Origin: Camelus ferus
Taxonomy: Eukaryota
NCBI RefSeq assembly: GCF_009834535.1
Contig: NC_045710.1
Span: 54,932,001-54,996,000 of the forward strand
Reading direction: 5' to 3'
DNA length: 64,000 nucleotides
The notes under the pieces are model-generated. The model saw nothing but the letters and a program-made list of their open reading frames with translations, did no database searches and had not been told where the DNA came from. Below are positions 38,721 to 53,700 of this stretch, in pieces (position 1 is the stretch's first letter; every line of letters begins with the position of its first letter). Both the position numbers and the translations under genes were made by a program.

Positions 38721-41700
38721 CGGGGGTTGCTGGAAGTCGTCCATTTCGAAGTTCCCTCTCCCTTATTCCCCTCATCCCTCACATGCACCTGTGTCCATCA
38801 AGCCAGACTGACATCCACTCTGCTGTCAAACCTATAGGTCTTTCATACAGCTGCAAACACCCATCCTTACTATTACCAGCCTAGAATTTCCATCTGCCCA
38901 CTTCTCAAATTCATTAGTTCTAATCTCCTCCAAGCCTTCTGCCTTGCTCACAGCCCTAATGTCCTTAGCCCACTCCCCAGTCTTCTCATCTCTGACACCA
39001 ACTCCGGTTCTCCCGTGATTGGATGTACCATAACCCTCCTAATTTCCTCAGTTCCCTGCTCCCTCTGTCCATTTCCAAACTGAGTGTTGGAAAACCATTC
39101 AGTGAGTTGACTTAAAATTATGTTTAAACAATTTTTTAAGTCCTCAGAAGGGAAAAAAGGAAGAGGGAGATGTCCCTTCAAAATATGTGAAAAAAGCTGG
39201 GGGATGCCACAATGTCAAAAGTGGTTATTGGAGTGATTTGCACTTAAAAGGCTCTTTGCCGAGGTGGGCACAAGTGGTGTTTTTCTCAGTGGGCATTAAG
39301 TGTTAGCACTGTGGGCAGGTGGAACCAGTGAAGCCAAGGGTACGACCTGTTGGCAAAAACTCACAACTGGGTAACTTAGAGCCTTCTAAACTACTTCTGT
39401 CCCTTTTGGCCAGTGACATATAGGGGTGCTATGAATCCAGAAGATACAGTTGTGGTCAGAGCCTGGGTTTCCGTTTGTGCTGGAACAGTAGCCGCAACAT
39501 GGAGCTGAGGTTGCCAGGCTGGGTTGATACCCAGGAATCCGGAGAGGTCTATAGGACAAGGTGGGGCAGTTGGGTGGGTAAGTATGGGACAGAGTACAGA
39601 TCCATACAGTATGGATCTGGGAGGATGGGGTGAGTGGGGCTCCATACATCACCACATCTAGGAAGTGCACGGCTGCTGGCCATGCTACCAGTCTTGAGGG
39701 CAGCTGAGCAGGTGAAGCAGGTAGAGCAGAGCTGTATTAATTCAGGTCTCCAGAGCCAGAGATTGAGCTAAGAAGTTAAATTCATGCTAGCTTGCTTGCT
39801 TACTTATTTATTTATTTACTGGGAGGGAAAGTAATTAGGTTTATTTATTTATTTACTTTTTCAATGGAGGTACTGGGGACCTCATGCATGCTAAGCATGC
39901 GCTCTACCACTTGAGCGATACTCTCCCCCCATGCTAGCTTGTTTCTTTTTGTATAATACTTAAATAGATAAGAGTTTTGAATGCTGAGATGGGTTTAGAT
40001 TTGGCCCAAACAGAGCACATGCTTAAAGAAGGAAGAAAGGAACCGTTTGTGAAATATGTCGTATGTGTCAGATGCTTCTACATATGCTATCTCATTTAAT
40101 TCTCAACAACGCTGGATGGTGGTGTTTACTGATGAGGAAAGTGATGCTCAGAAAGGGCAGGTTAACTTACTCAAGATCATACGTCTGGTAAGTGGAAGAG
40201 CCACAGGTGAACTTGGGCTGACCCAACTCCAAAGCACGGAACTCATGCCCACTCCGCCTCTCCACCTCTTCGGGTGGAACTGGGGTGAGATCAAGGGTGG
40301 GAGTGAGACAAAGGGTGGTGGCAGAGAGAGGAGATAGTCCTCCTAATGTGTTGGTGAAGAGAGTGAAACATTTCCCCTCTAAGTAAAAAGAAGTTACTAC
40401 TAAGTAGTGGTTTTTTTTTGAAAAAAAGGAAATTTAGAAAGTATTTGGACCTTCTATAGGTATTTTCAAATTATGTATCATGTTGTTATGAATAGAAATT
40501 ACAGACTTACTATTTATGCCGCTATTTTAATAAAGTGCTCTATTTTTATAGAGAAAGCATACTTAACTGTATTGTGTGTGCTAAGTCCTCTGATGTCATC
40601 AGTTATGTATCTCTGGGGAAGTTAAATGGCTGGCCTGTCAAGGCTCTGTTTTTGCCCTTAAGGTTGCTAAATAAATATAGTACTTGGAAGAAAACAAAAA
40701 CGGACCGCTTTGGCTTTACCCTTGCAGACTCCACCCTTATGAAGTGACGGCTGATATCACTCCTCACTTTGACTCTCTCTTCCTGCCAGAGGCTGACTCC
40801 TATCTCACCCGGTTCACCATCCCCCAGACATACAATTACTCTGTTCTCCTCGTGGATCCTGCTTCCCACACCCTTTACGTCGGCGCCCGGGACACCATCT
40901 TCGCTTTATCTCTGCCCTTTTCAGGGGAGAGACCCCGCAGGGTGAGAGATGAGAGAGGGGAGGACCTCAGATCACAGAGCATGTGATTAGATCCATGGTT
41001 TTATGGGATGTGTTGGGCGGGGGTGGGGGTTGTGACAGGAGGCAGAGTGTTGGTGAAAATAAGGGTAGGTCCTCAACCTCATCATCTTAGCCGAGGGTGA
41101 TGGAGGGGGGCATGGTGATCAGGGAGGCTATGAGGGAGGGTCATGATAATGGGGAGGAGGCCACAGTGACCAGGTTTCAGGTGGATGTGGGCAGAGGATG
41201 AACTAGAATCATTTTACTCTAGGGCAATAGTTTTCAAGTTTTTCTGACCCTCCGTTAGTAAGAAATATATGGTACATTTTGATCCAGTACACAAAGTGTG
41301 TACTGAAAGAGAAGTTTCTCAAAACAATATTTACTCTCCTGTATGTGATACACTCTGATGTATTCTGTTTCATCAAAAGTAATGTTAGTTGACATTTCAC
41401 AATTGATTTTATGACTCAGTGGGTAGAGACCTCCAGTTTGAAAAACAAAGCTCTGGGGTCAAGGGTTGGATGTATCTCTGAAGTTCCCAAATTGATGGAG
41501 GTTGTAGAGCTGTGTCACTGACCCTGACTTGGGAGGAACTGGGGGAGATCCTGGGGGAAATGGTCACTCCTTCTTCCTTAGATTGACTGGATCGTGCCTG
41601 AGGCCCACCGACAGAACTGTAGCAAGAAAGGCAAGAAGGAGGTAGGTATAAACCCCAGCCCTGTCCTGAGTGTCAGCTGAGGCCTTGGCCCAGCCCTGGC

Positions 41701-44700
41701 TCTGCGTCAGTCCCCCTGCCGTGCTCCCACCCAGTGGGCCCAGGCAGGGACTCTAACACCATGCCCCGAGCTGCATATCAACTGTCCTAACATTACCTCT
41801 CCTTGTACCTGCTGCTTCTGATTCTCTCTAACCATCTNNNNNNNNNNNNNNNNNNNNNNNNNNNNNNNNNNNNNNNNNNNNNNNNNNNNNNNNNNNNNNN
41901 NNNNNNNNNNNNNNNNNNNNNNNNNNNNNNNNNNNNNNNNNNNNNNNNNNNNNNNNNNNNNNNNNNNNNTGGGAGGGGTCTCCTGTGAGTGACTGTGACG
42001 GGGATCGTGCTTAAGACAGCCCTTGTGCGTGATAAGCACTGGGGGTGAGGGATGTCCTCACAGGGTAGAGCCTTTGTCTGCCACTGAGGGGGGTGCGAAA
42101 AGGGCGGGGAGGGAGGCTGTCCTTAGAAGGTGAGGTATACAAAGTGTAAGGGGTCATAGTGGGACACTAGCTGGGCTGTGGAGAGGGTAAATCTGGGAGA
42201 AACTTCAGGGGCGGGTAACTCAGGTTTTCCATGCTTTGTCCAGGCAGCCTGCATCCATTTCTTAATCAGCACAGTCCGTACCTGTTTCTTCCTCCCATGT
42301 CGTGTAACTATCTTTCACCACCTCCTCTCACCCCTACTGTCAGCCCCATCCTGTGTGGGCTGTGACCCTTTGCTCTCATGGCTTTTGAGGTCACTGCTCT
42401 CTAATATAGCACCTGCTGGCCCCATACTCTGGATCTTGCCTTCACGGTGGGCACTCTGTTAACCATGTTTTCTCCTTGATCCTGTTCATTGCTGCTAAGG
42501 CCCTGGGCGTCTCCAGCCCCCCACCCAGGCAAGCTTGGGACATGGATACCCCTAATCACATCTAGGTTAGTCATGGCCTCAAAAGTCCCTGGGATTGGTG
42601 ACATCTAAGGAATTGGTGACCCCTCAGCTTTCCCCAGCAGTTATCCAGCAGTCAGTCACTGTTCCTACAGCAGCGTGTATTTGTGACCAGGCCCTAGGAT
42701 GAGTCACAAGCCTCACATGTCTTTCGTATCACCAGACACCTTTTTCTCCTTTGTGCTAGGAATAGGAGGGGCTCCAGCAACTCCCTTTCCTGGCCCTGAG
42801 CCTCAGTGGTGGGTCTTGACTTGACCTACAGTCTGCAGTAATTCCTTGCCACATGGATCTAGTCAGTGTGTACCTCCAGATTCCTCTTTGTGAAACAGCA
42901 CCCTCATAGCTTTGTCTTAGAATGCTATAATTGTACAGGCTTGATCGCCTCAGTCAGTCCCTCTGGGCTGTCCTTGGAGTTAGCTGGGCTCATATTGAGT
43001 TATTTTCATAATGCCGTTCATAGACTCCTGACTGGGGTATGGGTAGCTCCCTCATCCTGGAAAGCTTTCCTAGTTCAGGGTGGTGGTGAAAATCTCAATG
43101 TCCATTCAGGTAATGTTGAGGGTCTGGTTTTCCCATAGTCTCACGAAGCTCACAAAGTAGCTGTGGGACCGCCATTGCCACATTTGTCCTTTTCCCAGTG
43201 TGCACGGAATCAGGGAGCCCATGGGTACGAATAATGGAGCCATGGTTCACAGCCAATGCGATTACTCCAAGTTAGTTCCCGAGGGCCTTCTGTTTCTTCT
43301 TTGGCTCTCTGAGGTGGGGCCCTAACGATTGTTAGATAAGTGTCTAGACAGACAGTGTCCTAGACATACCTGTCAGGATTGGTGTGACTTGGACCCCTCT
43401 CCATTCTTGAGAACTATCAGCAACCGAGAGTGAAGCCAGGGGCCTATGTCTCGCACTCGTGTGACTTTTAATTCTTTCTCTGAACCCTCCTAGCTAGCAG
43501 GCTCATGAAATGAAGGAGCAACCTTTGGTCAAGGCTTGTTTGTAGGAGAATATAGGACACAGCTAACTACTGTGTTAGCCCTTCAAAATCCCAAGACTGC
43601 TCTCTGGACTTCTTGAAAGCTCTCTTCTGTTTTTATCTGTCTCATCCTGCCTCCTGGCAATCCCCATCTGCTTGAGCAAGTCCTTACCTCATCCTTAGAG
43701 CTGAACCTCTCATGTCCCAGACGAATGACTCTGAGACCATCTATAACTATTTTTTTTTTTGAGACGATGTGTAACTATTATCTGAGAACTTTGACTAGCT
43801 GATCCAAACACAACAACTTGCTCAGAGTTGATGGCTCAGAGAACTAACGGTGCTTCCAAAAGGAAGTTCAAGCATATAGGACCTACCAACTCCAGCAACA
43901 TGGAGAACTGCCCTTCAGTGACAGCGCATCAGACCCTGGAGGGAAATTTTTTAATTCATTTTGTAGAGGGAGCTCCAGCAGTTAACAGAAAAATGTTAGA
44001 CTTACAACCACAGCACCAACAACAATAAGACTTGCCATTCAATTGAGTGTCCACTCTGTCACAGGCTTGGTGGTAAATACTCTACATTCACAGTTGAGTT
44101 TAATTCTTACCAATCACATCATGATACTTATTTATTATGATAGTGATGATACACCATGATAGTATTTATTTCCATTTTGCAGGCCATGAAACAGAAGTTC
44201 TGAAAAGTTAGGTAAAAGTCTGAGATGTACAGCTGGCAGAGGCAGAGCCAAGATTCAAACCCAGGTGTGTCTGGCTCTGCTCCACTACCCTGGAATCTAG
44301 AAGACCTTTGCTGGCTTCAATTTCTTGTGACATTTGATCTGTTTCATGTAACAGGGACAATCTTTTTTTTTTTTTTTTAACCCCCTAACCACTTGGGAAC
44401 GGTCCTTCATGTGCCTTGCACCCTTCTTGGCCAAGTTCAAAGGATGGGTTCCAACCCTGCCTTCCTACATAGCTCTGGCTTTCAACTTGAGGGACTTGCC
44501 TTCACCACAACTGGTGTTGATAGGACTGTGCTGACTGATGCAATGGTTGTATAATGAAGAATCTTAACATTGAGATAGAGAATGTGATAGAGGGGTCTTA
44601 CCCCTTTAAGACCCTAATTAAATATCGCTTTGACCGTACAGTAGTGATAGCCTATGTAGTTAATAGGCTCACTTGCTCCAAGGCTATGAACCTGAATAAC

Positions 44701-47700
44701 ACGATGATGCCATTTGGGGAAACTGGAAGAGGACGAGCTTTGACATGTTGAGTTTCAAGGGGCTGGTAGGTCATCTCTGTGAGGAAGTCCAGCAATCAAG
44801 TTTGGAAGACATCAGACTAGGAGAGTTTGGGGAATGATCTGCATAGAAAGTCTGGCTGGAAATGTAAAAATGAACGAGATCTTTAAAGTGTATGTGAAAA
44901 GGAGTAAGGACGCACCGGTGAGAGGCTAGAAAGGAAAAGAGAAACAACCAAAGGAGATAAAGAGACAACAGCCAGGAGGAGGGACTCCAGGAGGGGAGAA
45001 TTTCAAGAGAGTTAAGAAATAGAATATTGCAAGGAGGGAAGTGAATCAAAAGTACCCAATGGCGCATGAAGATGGAAGAGAATGAGAACTGAGAAAAAGC
45101 TCGTTCTTTTTAAGTCCTTAGTGAAACATGAGGGAGTCGTTTCAGGCATAGAGATGGGAAAAATGTACTTGGTTTTCTAGGAATAATAGGATTCCAGGTT
45201 TGGTTAGAAGAAAGAGTTCATTTTTTGAGGTATTGGAAAATAAGCAGTTTGCACTAAAGAGGCAATAGTGAGCCATTTTCGTCTTTCTCTGGCTTGAGCA
45301 CTTATCAAGGCAGTGACCGATAGTGTAGGAATGTTAACCTTGGGTGGGAGTCTTGTAGTTTAGGTGAGAGATAAGACAGGCTTCAGCAGTGGGACATACG
45401 CCATGCCCAGAGTGCCCAAACATCTTGGTCATCTCTCACTGAACTGCCATCTGTCTCCTTAGGCTGGAGTGATCCCACTGCCACACTGGGGAGGAGATTG
45501 TGCTTCTGTGGGGTCCTCCATTCCAGAAGATTCTTGACCTAGTATTCTTTTGGAGGGGGACTCAGATAACATCCAATTCTAACAGGCCTTCTTCCAGGCT
45601 CTTTTAGTAACACAAAACCATGTTTGCCAAGTACAGCAGGTAGAGAGCAGTCAGAGCAGGGCCAGGGTGCCGAGGGGGCGGAGAGCTCCGCTGCTCGTCT
45701 CCAGCTGCCGTCACAGTGGTTAGGCCTCAGCAGCACCATGCCCCACCCTAGTTTGTGAACTGGAAATATCACGCCTGGCACTTCCATGCCGTAACTCTGA
45801 CCCCTAACTGGCCACAATTAACTTCCCTGTCAGTCCAGGTTAAAATCTGGATTTTCATTTTTTCATGCTATCTTGAAGCCTCTTTTAGTGCTGGATGCTC
45901 AGTTAAGAAAGGTAACATCTGGCTGGCTCTGGTGGAACTCTCACACCACCCCCTGCCTCAGTACCTCTGGAGTCCCTGACTGAGGAAGACACTTCCTTGC
46001 CAAAGCCTCAAATTCTGACCTGACCTTCAGGTCTTCACGGACTTTACAGATGCTTTTCCTTGCTTCTGTGTATCCTTGATTCTGGTTCTGTCTTTTATTC
46101 ATGGGGTGGGAGCAGGGGAAGGGTGGCCCTTCTCTCTAGACCCATGGGCTTCAGATAGTCCTCCCCATCTGAAGTGCTTTATATAGAAATGCCTATGATA
46201 TAAAGCACTTTCTTTACCCTTCCCAAGTGCTCTGGCCCTTGGGAGGCCTGCTGTCTCCCCTGGTCCTCCTTGTCCTGCAGCACATCCTCAGGCAATCTGC
46301 AGACCATACAGTTCGACATTTCAGAGGAAAGATCTGCCTTTCAGCCTCTCAGTGTCTTCTAGGGTAATCGTAGGTATAGCCTTCATCAGAGCACATGGGG
46401 GTTGGGTGCCACGGGAGTTGAGGGAAGAGAAATAAACTGAAAAGAGGGATGGCAGAGATGGGAAATGAAGTTGTGGGTGGGGGAGCCCGGATCAGCAGAC
46501 TGGGAATATGGGAATGGTAGTGGGGGAGCGGGGGGAGGGGAATGGAATTGGGTTTGTTCTTCATCTGACCATCTTTGTAATTCTCACCATGAACCTCCCC
46601 ATGACCTCTAAACCAATTGCCCCCTTCTGGTCTGTAGGATGTGTCCAGTTTCCAGGAGGTGGAAAGACTTGAGAGTGGCCGGGGGAAATGCCCTTTTGAG
46701 CCAGCTCAGCGGTCAGCAGCTGTAATGGCTGGTGAGTGGGGAGAGACAAGAGCCTTGCTGTAATTGCCTCCTTCCCACCCCTCCTATTGGAATTTCTGTG
46801 TCCTTTCTTCCCTTTCCTCGGAATGTCTATTATTCCCACATCTCTTTCTAGCCTTCCCTGTTCTTCCCAGAGCGCTTGTGACCGCCTGCTTCCCCCTCCC
46901 CAGAGTATCATTTCCCTTGCATCTCTAGAGTGAACGCTTCCTCTGTTAACCTCATTTCTTTTAGTCATTTTTTTCCTGTTTATAAGAGGAATCTACTACT
47001 ATGCATATTGTAATAAATTTGCAAAAAGTGTAAAGAAGGACATAAGAAGTCTTTTAGAACAGTAGGGTCCAAAAGAACTTTATATGACCATGGAATTGTT
47101 CTGTATCTTTGCTGTCTAATACGGTAGCCACTAGTAACGTGTAGTTGGTTACTGAGCCCTTGAGATATGACTAGTGCCACTGAAGGAAAAATATTAAATT
47201 TTACGTATAATTTTAATTTGAACAGTAAACAGCCATTTGCGTCTAGTAGCTACCATATCAGCATGGTTCTAGAGGATCCCTACTCTGAAAACCACTGCTA
47301 ATATTTTAGGTATTTCCTTCTAGCTTTTTTAACGTGTGTGTGCATGTGGATATGTACTCATGCATGTGTGTTTGGCTGACCAGTCCTTTGTTGCTCAGAG
47401 GAATCAGTAATGACTATTAAATAAATTGCTACTATTATTTCCTTTGAACAAGCTATACCTACACAGTTGCTCAGGTGCTGAATGGTTCTGTCACAGGTTG
47501 TGCCTAAACTTTTCCTGAAGAATGACTGCCTAATTCCTTGGTAGCAGGAGCTGTTTTGTGTGCCACATAGTCTGTATTTTTGTTTAGACCACTCCACACA
47601 CTCTCCAGATTCAGGGAGAATCCAGCCGTTCTTCCCATGATAGTGCAAAAAAAGCAGGTTAATAGAATGAGTGTGTGTTTTCATGAACTTGTAAATGTCA

Positions 47701-50700
47701 TGCAACATGGATACAGTTTTGAGTACTGTCATGTAACTTTATATCATAGGCATTTCTATATAATTAAAAAATTCTTTAGTGGGGAGGGTGTAGTTCAAAT
47801 GGTAGAGCGCATGCTTAGCATGCACAAGGTCCTGGGTTCAATCCCCAGTACTTCCTCCAAAGATAAATAAACCTAATTACCTACCCCCACATCAAAAAAA
47901 GAAAAAAATACAATTTACAAAAGTATCCCTCAGAAGGATAAAAAAAAATAAAAATTCTTTGTAGATGAAAATTTTACTGACACCATACTACTCATCCTCT
48001 GCGCATACCATAATTTAATTAAGGAATTCTAAATCATGTACATTTATTTTCAAGTTTATTTAGTTTACTTCAAAGTTTTTGCTATTGTCTGCAACACTGT
48101 AATGCACATTTTTGTCCATAAATTTTTATCCTCACTTTAGACTGTGTCCTTAAGGCTCCTGGATCACTCTACTAAAGGGTGTGAGTATTTTATGGCTCAT
48201 TATCTGTTGCTAATTGAGTTTTTAGAAAGGGTATACAAATTTATACCCTAAATCAGCAGTGAATGCGAGTTTTTTTCTCACATAAAGTTCACCACACTGT
48301 AGTATTCTCATTAAATTTATTTTGTGCTAATTTGAAGCTAAAAATGGCACCTTGTTTAGATTTACATGTCTTTGAATATTAGCAAAGTTGAGCTTTTTTT
48401 GTGTGTTAGCATCTATTTTTATTTCTTCTTTGGTCAGTCCTCTGCTCATGTTCTTGGGCCGATCCTCAGGTAAGATATTCGTGTTCCAATCTACATTTTT
48501 TTCTTTGTGATTATATTTTTTAAGCTAAATCCTTCTTCAGTTAGAGAGCAGATAAGATTTTTCTTCTTAAAAAATTTTCCCCTAAAAGAATTTCTATATG
48601 TGCAATTGAATCATTATGCTGTGCACCAGAAACTAACACAACGTTGTAAATCAACTATATTTCAACAACAACAACAGAATTTTCCCCCTAACATTTAACT
48701 CTTTGATCTATTTGGAACTTGTTTTGATAAATGGCATGAGAAGGGAATCCAAATTGATTTTCTCCAGCTAGCTAATCAGTTGACTTAGCATCATTCATCA
48801 TACTGTTTCTCCTTTCATCACTAAAGTTCCTGCGAACTTTATCATAAAGTTAATTTTTACCAATACTTTTGGACAATATTTGATGGGAAACAGAACTCGG
48901 GCTAAAAGATCTAACAATGAAACTGTTTTCTTATGCATGACTTCATTTGTAGGAAAAGTCTTAAAAGCTATACGAATTAAATCACTCATTGAGTCAGTGA
49001 TTTACCTTTTCTAAAATGCAATGAAATAACAACTTTGGAAAATGAACATAGAGTATATAGCTAGTAGATACAATATTTGGGTTGTCATTTTTATTATTCA
49101 TCTGCAGTTGAAATCAATGAGAACTTGTTTATACTCATACATATCTGAATAAGAGTTTAGTTAATAGTTTATCTTTCTTGGCTTTTTATCAAGCATTTTG
49201 GGCAAAACTCTGAGCCAGTCATTAGGCTCATTAAGAAAGATTTCTCAGTTTTAGCAACTGTGAATGTCTCTTGATACTCTATAACTGTTAATCAACAAAA
49301 TGACTTCTCAATGGCAACAATCTAAAATAATTAACTTTTTTTTTGTTTCAAGCAGTAATCTTGAAGTATATTTAACCCTCTGTGTGTATTTTGTCTGCGT
49401 TGCACTCAGCAGTTGGATTCACGTTAGCTTGTAGTCTATGGATATAAATTTCATAAATAAGATCATATTTAACAAAGAACATTTTCAAAGAGATTTCAAG
49501 TCTTTTTTTTTCTTTCCCCAAGATAATGAAATTCAGTGTTGCCTTTCAGCTGATGATTGATGGAGGTGATAAGAAATCACTTTCTAATAGTTTAGAATGA
49601 CTAGCTCAAGACAGTTAACATAGAACCTCCATGGCTTTTTCTGTCTCAGATCCAAATAATAGCCTATATCAATATTACAAGTTTTCCTCTGCAGTTCTTG
49701 AGAGGGCTATGATTTATATTTTTTCTTGGTGAGACATAAGTGCCAGTGTTTAGTTGGAGCTTCCAGTGTTGATCCATTATCCCTCTGTTTTGAAAATAGC
49801 AGTATAGGAAATCCTGGCGACATTATTTAAGAATTAGAATCAAAATTCCCAGTTCAGATCTATACAGCTGTCCTTAAGGATAATGGAGGTATTTTGAGAT
49901 AAAAAGAGCTTTTAGTAATGAAAATATTAGAATATAATATTAGAATATAAAAGCAGGAACATTTTTTACTTTAAATTATGAAAATTGCAATGTGCATTAT
50001 AGAAAATTGAGAAAATATAGAAATATATAAAGAAGAAAGTGAAAAGTTGACTGTAATTCAGTCATCACCAGGTAGCCACTGTTATTATTTTGGAGTGTTT
50101 TCTTACACTCTTGTGTGTATTTGTAATAAGCTGGAATTATCACATGTACTTCACTTACTATTGTATGCTGAACATTTTCTCATCATAGAATTTAATTATT
50201 CAAACATGATTTTTAGTGATGACTTTCTCTTTCATCATATGGATGGAGCACAATTATTTAATTACTCCCATATAATTATACATTCAGATTTTAAAATAAT
50301 TTCTTTTATAAATAATGTTGCAGAAGGAATCCTTTAACATAAGTGTTTATGTAAATCCTTTACATGAATGTAATCACCTGCATGAATTAATCCAAAAAGC
50401 AGGAGTGCTGGGCCAAAGGATGTAAAAGATTTTTATCATGCTTGATGGTCTTGGCCAAACTGCTCTCCAGTTAGTCCTGCCAGCAGTGGTGAGAGGGCCT
50501 GTTTCATTATACCCTGTCAGTCCCTAAAAATATAGTTAATAAACATACAACAGTGCCTTCCTCCAAAGTCCAATCTGATGCTTTTGATTTGCATTTCAAT
50601 TAGTGAGAGTGAACAGCTTTTCACGTGTTTATTGGTCTTGGATTTCTTTAGGAAAAAGCCCCAGAAATCTTGTCTTCAAATATAACATTAATCTTAGAGA

Positions 50701-53700
50701 AGATTAACAAAATGATCTCAAGGTCTCTATTTGAAGTATTCCAGTTTGGAAAAATTCAGATGTTTTGACAGTAACATTCACAGGAGCCCAAGGACGTTTG
50801 CAGTTCCTTCTCAGTCTTCCTTGTAGGATTTTTGTCTTCTGCTCATCCTTTCAGTTTTGGGGCTCCACCCAAGATCCTCTTCTCTCGCATTCTGTGTAAC
50901 TGGGACGTCAGCCAGCCCCAGGGGTTCTGTGTCCACTGTATTTTGATACTTCTCATCCATTATCTGGAGCTACAGACCTCACATTCAGCTGCTTTCCAGA
51001 CATCTCCACTTCATTGTACCACAGGAATCTCAAAATCAGCATATCTCAAACTGAGCTCCCCTAGACCTTCTCCTCCACCAGTGTACCCTCCTGTGAGTGC
51101 ACAGTGCCAGGACCCAAGGTCCCAAGCTGGAGACAGTGATCAGTTATCTTTGGTCCTCCCTATCACACCCAGTAATAAATTGGGCTTTTATCAAGAACAG
51201 AAGAAGGGGGCTTTTGCTCTTTCTCTTTGACAGCCCATCTTGTGTTTTCATTGTCTCCTTTTGGACTGATTGCGTCTTGTGATTATTGCATCCGTCCTGG
51301 AGTATTGCATGTGTTCCCAGTGCACTAGGGTGTTGCCAGCATTTTAGGGTCAAGCTTTTCCCTTAAATCCATGTGTGTGTGCCCCAATACTAGCATTCAC
51401 ACACCCAAACAAGATAGTTATAGGAATCCTATATGGCCAGCAGTGGAAAAGGCAGAGTAAACCCTGCGTCTCCAATGATCTATAATTATGTCCTGGTAAT
51501 AGGCTGTTTAAAAAGAAAAAGGATATATACAGCTGGCATAATCCTTAGACAAGGAAATGGAGACTATTAGGGCAGGAGCTGTCTTTCCTGTGAAGCTCTG
51601 ACTGTGAGAAGAAAAAGGAGTAGAGGAAGGAAGGCAAGGCTCATGTTTAAAACCCTCTTTTTAAAGCAAGTAAATGGCACTTGCTATTGTAAACCTTGTG
51701 TGAAAGTGAGCCTTTTGTTATCAGAGTGAAAATTTGAACCCCCCAGCGTTTATTGAAATAGTCACCATCATGGCTCATATCCAAGCCTGTCTGTGTTGGG
51801 TTGTTAACATATGTGGGAGGCCTTCATTCACAGGCTCTACCTCTGAGCAGGTAGAGGTCTGTTTCCACACATAATTGTGATTTTTCTTTGGCTGTGATTC
51901 TTCATCTTGGTGGCTTTCAATCTTTTTATTTTTCCTCTTTTATTTCCAAAATGCAAGTGTCTTAATTTGGAAGGTTCTAAAAAGGAAAGATGCTAACTAC
52001 AAAAAAAAAAAAAAAATCAGTGCATATAAAAAAGTACAAAGAACATGAAAATCACTTGTAATTTCATTAGTCAGAAACAAACATCAGTAGCACTGTAGAG
52101 CTGTAGCTCCTTCAGTCTTCCCTGTGCCTGCAGACATACATACATATTTTTAAAAATTGGGTTGAATTATGCCTGGTGTTTTTTTCTAACCAGCTTGTTC
52201 GCTGAGCTCGACACCGTGGGCGTCGCTCTCTTTTACACATCCGCTTTTGCCAACAGCAGGTGTGTGTTTCATGTTTTCTGGCTTGATCTATTCAGTAATA
52301 ATTTGCCAAACAGTTGCACATACAGGGATATTTTATTATATGAACAGTGCAACAGAATATGTGAAATTGACTGTCATTGATCCCTGAGAACGTTTTGGGA
52401 CTTTACCTCCGTCCACCACTAGGTCCTTGCATGGTTATCTGTGGTCCTTTCCATGTTTCTAGAATATTTATGACTCCCCCCACCCCCTGCCTAAACACAC
52501 CAAGTAATGCTTCCAAAATATACATAACTGTCTCCTCCACCACATTTCCCCCATTTTCAGGGTATCCATGGCACAGCTTCTGTCAGAGTTTTGCTTTTAG
52601 AGTGTTTTGTGTATGACACCTTTTTAGGGAAAGTTTTCATTACAGTTCTGGCTTCTATATCAACTTTTCCCCCCTGGAGCTAAGGGTTGCCTCATTTGTT
52701 GCTCTGTTTGCTGCCAGAACCTTTGCCCCAAACCTGATTTTTTTCCCCCCTCATGAAATACCTGGAAGGGAATGGGATGTCATTTTATGGTTGTCCCCTG
52801 TTGCAGAAAAGTGTGTCATAGCTCAGTGTTACAGCTTAGTGTTACAACTCAGTTGTGACAGCAACCTGGATCCGTCGAGAGACCAAGCAGCACTCGGAGA
52901 GTTGGAGAATTCAGGTTTATTATGCCAGTGGACCCAAGGGAGTTAACACTCCAAGCTCTGGACCCCATTTGTAGGCTTACAGAGGCCTTTATAGGCTGCC
53001 AGTTTTACACTTTGCAACACCATATGCAAATAAGGTATAACAAGTTAACTAATTAGGAACAAGCTTTGTAGAAATGGACCAATCAGGAGGGAGAGAAATA
53101 ACCAATCAGGAGTGAGCTCCATGCAAATGAAGTACTTCAAATGGACCAATCAGGAGTGAGCTCAGGGAACCAGTAGAATTCTAGGGGTAAGTTCCAGTTT
53201 CCTAGAAGTAAGCTGCCTCAGAGGCAAAAAGTGAGAGAGCCTCTGGGCCAGGGAATCGGATGGTCCTGGCAGGAGGTAGTGGCCCTGCCTGGGGGTCCTG
53301 CCAGTCTTTTCCATGGGGCTTCCCGCCTTACCCCCTCCCCACCTATGGCAGCAGATCAAGCCTATGGCCCCGTATGGTTCATAAGGAGCTGCAACTAACA
53401 CGTATTGAATGGCAGCCATGTGCCAGGCCCTGCCTGGGGTGGCCTCCTTAGCTCCCCTCTGAGTGGAAGGTGGTGGGCTCCTCAGTCTGCATTTGAGGAA
53501 CTCAGGGCTTAGGAAAGTTAACTTGCCTAAGATCTTACTAGTAGTAAGTGTGCAGACCCAAGCCTTCCTGGCCCCAAAGTGCTTGGATTCTTTTCACAAA
53601 CCCAAGTCTCTCCTCCCTACCCTGTAAGGAAGGGTTCTAATCTTTCCCTGTTGCCCTCAGAGGTCTCCTGGCCCTTTTTGCTCTGCATTAAAGTGTTTTC

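Noticed and set aside
45539-45817. 92-aa minus-strand ORF in SEMA4F intron 4, considered as a displaced M1AP exon
   Set aside because: No similarity to M1AP as recalled; probably old LTR or unique intronic sequence.
12346-47949. Six tRNA-like sequences with A and B boxes
   Set aside because: They are SINEs (shared non-tRNA tail, poly-A, mostly with TSDs), not tRNA genes.
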